Source: Microthyrium microscopicum
Taxonomy: Eukaryota
Length of the DNA: 64,000 nt
Direction of reading: 5' to 3'
Assembly: GCA_010405405.1 (NCBI GenBank)
Contig: MU004238.1
Location: 445,530-509,529 of the forward strand
This document shows positions 59,037-64,000 of the stretch, one piece after another. The notes beneath the pieces are model-generated. The model saw only the letters and a program-made list of their open reading frames with translations, made no database searches and was not told the origin of the DNA. A program made the position numbers and the translations under genes. Every line of letters starts with the position of its first letter. Positions within the stretch are counted from its first letter, which is position 1.

Positions 59037-59185
59037 AGTCGCAGCTTCCACAACCTCAAACACAAGCAACTCTGTCACTCCATTCAGTATCCGTCTCTTT
59101 ACTTTTTGAGCTCAGCGTTGCCTTGAACTTCTTCTCCTATCAGCAACTTTTCAGTACTCTTTCGAGCCCATAAACTACCGTCATC

Positions 59186-60608
59186 ATGGCCGATACCATG
59201 GTCGAAAGTCCGGCCAACATCGTTCCTCCTCACAAGAAGACTCATCCTTCGTCCATACCCAACGTCGATTCATTAGAGGGCTTTCCAATAGACGGCAGTG
59301 ATGATTATCAAACCTACAAGAAGCTCCAGGCACAACTTGAGTATGTCCAGGCTTCCAAGGAATTGGCGATGCGGAAGGCTGACAAGGCACAGGTACATCA
59401 AGCTTCAAGAGGAATACATCAAAGATGAGCAACGGTACAACATTCCAGCTCGCGTTTCTACCTTTCGACCGACTAATGAATCGCAGAAACCTCAAGCGTG
59501 AGCTCGTGCGAGCACAAGAGGAAATAAAGCGCATCCAAAGTGTTCCCCTCGTCATCGGCCAGTTCATGGAAGCCATAGACCAAAAGTACTACATCCCTCA
59601 TCAAATGCACTACGATGTCACTCTCTGACCATAAATAGCACTGGTATAGTACAGTCTTCCACCGGCTCCAACTACGTTGTCCGCATCCTCTCCACTCTCG
59701 ACCGCGAACTCCTCAAACCCTCCTCGTCCGTTGCCCTCCACCGCCACTCAAATGCGCTCGTTGACATCCTTCCCCCAGAGGCCGATTCCTCCATCGCCAT
59801 GCTCGGTACAGATGAAAAGCCCGACGTGACCTACGCCGACGTCGGTGGCCTCGACATGCAAAAACAAGAAATCCGCGAAGCCGTCGAGCTCCCACTGACC
59901 CACTTCGACCTGTACAAGCAAATCGGTATCGATCCACCGCGCGGTGTACTGCTGTACGGACCACCAGGAACCGGCAAGACAATGTTGGTGAAAGCTGTAG
60001 CGAATAGTACAACAGCCAGCTTCATCCGTGTCGTCGGTTCCGAATTCGTGCAAAAGTATCTAGGCGAAGGCCCACGTATGGTCCGCGACGTTTTCCGCAT
60101 GGCGCGCGAAAACTCTCCCGCCATCATCTTCATTGACGAAATCGACGCCATCGCCACAAAGCGTTTCGATGCACAAACAGGCGCCGATCGTGAAGTCCAG
60201 CGCATTCTCCTTGAACTCCTCAACCAAATGGATGGTTTCGATCAAACTTCCAACGTCAAAGTTATCATGGCAACCAACCGTGCTGATACCCTCGACCCAG
60301 CGCTCCTCCGACCCGGTCGGTTGGATCGCAAAATTGAGTTTCCGAGCTTGAGGGATCGAAGAGAGAGACGTCTGATTTTCACGACGATTAGTTCAAAAAT
60401 GAGTCTGAGCCCAGAAGTTGATCTAGACAGCCTAATTGTCCGCAACGACCCGCTCAGTGGAGCAGTGATTGCGGCCATCATGCAAGAGGCTGGTCTAAGG
60501 GCGGTGCGCAAGAATCGGTACAATATCATCCAGAGCGATCTAGAGGATGCGTATGCCAGTCAAGTCAAGGGTGCGCAAGAGGCTGATAAGTTTGACTTTT
60601 ACAAGTAA
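59186..60608 (+). CDS. RPT3: 26S proteasome AAA-ATPase regulatory subunit Rpt3 (6B); exons 59186-59340, 59393-59434, 59487-59585, 59639-60608
   Basis: [46 protein letters not shown], Walker A GPPGTGKT, Walker [25 protein letters not shown]-terminal KFDFYK. Confidence 0.98.
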
Positions 60609-61156
60609 ACGACACGACCCAGAGCCGGAGGTATTAACGAGGACGACCGAGCAGTGCTATTGGGACAGTGGGAAAATTCAATGGCAAAGGCGGGAATTTC
60701 ATTGTATACTCTCACTCTGCTAGATCGTTATGTATAATCAGCAAAATACAAAGTCGTTGAACACAACACAATTGCATACAAGTAATAGAATAGTAATTTT
60801 GTTCATCATCACCGTCTATAAGCCTATGTCATGATAATCTAGCAATATGCACAAAAGCGCAAGATAAAAAGGAACCAAACGCCAAACCATACAAAAACAA
60901 GAATGCAATACTCGTACATAGACAGCCGTTCTACACGCCCAATTCCGTAAAATCGCTCGCGGTGTTTGTGTATCGAGACAAAATTTTCGCCAAAAGCTCA
61001 TCATTAATACAGAAAGAAATGTAGCTTCCCTGTTTTGATATCACGCTTCTCGCTTCGCTAGAAGCACGGTATAAGAAAACAACATCAAAAAGCCCAAGTC
61101 GCCACATCCCCATATCAAACTCCCAAATGCTCATTGCCAACAGTGCTTATAGTGCT

Positions 61157-64000
61157 TCAGCTCCTCACCACACCACCATCCAATCTCCGTTCCAACTCAG
61201 CCTTCTCCAGCTCTGGTGGAGTCGGCGGCGGAGGACGTTCAGGCATTGCCGGCTCGGTAGATGCAGTGCTACGTCGACTGGATCCCCTTTCTAACATGCT
61301 TCTCCCTTCTACACTTCCTCTTTCTTCTTGCAAGCGCTCATTCTCGCTGCGCTCGTCGACTGATTCTTCGACTACAGGAAGAGTGTAATTCCCATGGTCA
61401 CTCATCTCATCTGGACTAGACACAGTGGCCAAATTACGTGCCGGTATAGATGGTTCCGGGCTCCCACCATGTTTGGCGATGGAAAGTTCAGCTTGGCGCT
61501 CTGCTTTTTGCATGACCTTATTGGTAGCTCGGTCATCTGCTTCGCTGCCTACCCTGGCTGGTACGGAAGCAGATCGATCCGCGTGGTGATGTATTGGTAG
61601 ATGATGATGGTGGTGATCGTGTCCGGCAGGGATACCGGTAGGGAGGCTAGACGAATGGCGGAGTGGATCGACAGGTTGACTCTCAGCTTGTTGGGCATCT
61701 TGTTCGGCCAGTTCCTTGGATTTAGTGTTGCCAGAGATGAAGCGGATGAAACGGTCGCCGTAGCGATCTGGTGGGACGGCGGATATTTGTGATTCTGTGG
61801 AGTTGAGGCCTTTCCAGAAATGTTCTAGGCGTTTGACAAAGCCATACTGCAATGAAGGTGAGCACATAGTGAAAAATGGGGTTCAGAAGTACTTACGTGA
61901 GTTAAGCAGTCGATGATGCCGAGATAGTATATCTGCTCCCCCGGCTCATCGTCTTCATGCGTGGCTCTAAACCCTCGATCATCACTGTAGAAGTAGAAAT
62001 CTCGCTTCACCTGACTTTCTGACATTTCCTCTGGCATCTTGTCCAGCGTCTGATTGACAGGCACTGGCTTTTGATTGAGTAAAGTTTGTCTCAACTCATT
62101 GGCTTTTCGTTGAGTCTCCAATTTCGAGGGTGTTCTCATGAGTGTAGTTGTGGGTGCTAGCTGGTCAGTCTTTTCACCGCCAGGTTGAAAGACTCGGAGC
62201 GTCTTATCGCGTAACTTGTCCTCATTGCCTTTGGACAGGTCATGTATTCCAACAAGAAGCGAGTAATCCATGATCTTAAGTTTTTGTAATAAAGCCACAT
62301 CCTTCTGCATCTGCTCAATGAACTTGTACTTTTTAACGGGGCCCAACTCCACGTGCATATTTCGCCTGAGCCAATTGAGGTCTTTGAGGGTGGCACGAGG
62401 ATTCTTATCCAAGTCTTCTTCCTTAAAGTTTCTTCCGATAGTTGAGCCCTTGAGATCGAAGGTTTGATGAATGTCTCTGTGCGGAGGAAACAAATTGTTC
62501 ATGACAACAAAATGTATTTTTCGACCGTATGGAACCTTGACACGGTGGAGTCCGTAGAATTGCGATAGAAGGGTGTTTGGGTTGTCTTTGACGTGAGTAT
62601 AATAATTTCGAAGAATTTTGCGAAGCACCTTGTGCTCAGCATGATGAATAGTTTTTATTATGTACTTGTAGTCGCGAGAAAAGTAGAAGAAACTTCCACT
62701 TTTCCCAGGCGACCCAAGTTCAGACAGGATGTATTTGCTGGTGAGAGACATGAGGTAGTCGGCAGGGTCGATTCGGAAAATATTTCGTAAATGTCGAAAA
62801 ACCCATGGAGCATAGTCTTTGAACTTAAAGTCGTATTTGGCAGATGGCGTTAGTTCATTCCCGGTGCTGTATTCATTAGTAAATCCTCAGTGCGGTTTGA
62901 CTCCAACTTACATATCGAAAGAAAACTTGTGCTTAGCATCAAAATCAGCCTCTTGAAGATCTCGATCTAGCTTGGCATTCGTTCTCGACACCGTGAACCG
63001 AATTCCTGTGAGCATATTGTATGCAGTTACATAATTGACGTGATTCTGATCGACTTTGGTACCCATGACCACTCGCTCATCGTCCTCATCCTCCTTTCTT
63101 CTCCTTTTGCTTGCTCTTTTCTGTCTGATCATCTCCGTCCATCGATCCGCATCCTCATCCGGGGGTATTTCGTCAATGTGTAGATCAGAGTTTCCAGTTC
63201 TTGTCACTTTGCGAGCAATAGATAAAGAGCCTCTCCTACGAGTCGGAGTTTGAGGTATGGGGGAAAATCGACCAGATGTGTAACTTTCATCTGCGGTGCG
63301 TGTAGTTTCACGAGAAGCGCGATTAGAGGGTCTCGGAACTTCAAGGGTATGTCGTTGCTGTAGCTTTCCGGGTACTGGAGCGGCAAGATTGGACGCCGAT
63401 GCACCTTGCATGGCTGGTGGAGATGATATGCGATGGGGATTATGCGACTCTTGCATCGACGATCTGGAAACTGTACTAGAGTTGCGTGGCAAGGCTGGCA
63501 TCGTTCGTTCTGAGATTGAAGAAGCTGCATCGAACCTTCTCGATGAGGGCTCTGGTACGTTGGCAGTGGGCGTCAGTCCATCCTCCATCATACTAGCATC
63601 TAGCACAACATGCGTTGTCGAAGCTCCCATGAAGGACGATCTCTCTTCATGAGATATTTCGGTAAAGTATCCATCGTCGCGAGTCGCGAGACGATGAGGT
63701 TTTCTGTCGGTGTTTTCACTCTGGTCACTATCCACGATAGTACTTGGTCTTGAGAGGTTTGCCAAGCTGGTCCTTCTTGAATCTCGCTTTTCTTCCCTTT
63801 CATTTGTTCCATCTTCTTGCGATACACCATGGAAAAGATGCTCTTTTACTGTACCGACTATACCATTCTGCCATATTGACCCGTTGTTCTTGGTATTATG
63901 AGAAGTATCATGTCCGTTCGTTTTAAGATTTGTAGAATCGGTGGAACGTCTCGAGGATCGGTCTTGCGAGTATCGTTTATCTGCAGAGGAGCGTTTACTA
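61157..64000 (-). CDS. MSS4: Phosphatidylinositol-4-phosphate 5-kinase Mss4/Its3, 5' end outside the window; exons >64000-62912, 62866-61897, 61846-61157
   Basis: [87 protein letters not shown]. The frame is open to the window edge. Confidence 0.96.

Overview
Gene-dense nuclear DNA of a filamentous ascomycete (Pezizomycotina). Most genes carry short GT-AG introns of about 50 nt with CTRAC/CTAAT branch sites. I can support 17 intact protein-coding genes: WSC1-type cell-wall sensor, two large low-complexity hypothetical proteins, a small hypothetical protein, importin-beta Kap121/Pse1, an Fcr1/McrA-type Zn2Cys6 factor, aldose 1-epimerase, a Yvc1/TRP-like cation channel, Spt7, a VanZ-domain membrane protein, RPS26, a CBS/PB1 (Mug70-like) protein, a conserved-looking hypothetical protein, a YTP1/DUF2427-like membrane protein, an MDR oxidoreductase, RPT3, and a 5'-truncated MSS4. 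I saw no tRNA, rRNA, CRISPR array or recognisable transposase/reverse transcriptase. Two things stand out. First, a cryptic spliced Zn2Cys6-like gene at 33.8-34.6 kb has intact splice signals but an in-frame TAG and a 1-nt lesion. Second, an ~8 kb island at 45.2-53.2 kb has no long ORF but holds a probable CorA-like pseudogene, a near-perfect 90-bp tandem repeat, a degenerate ~228-bp repeat and a frame-preserving ~114-bp repeat array. All family calls come from manual motif recognition, not database searches.
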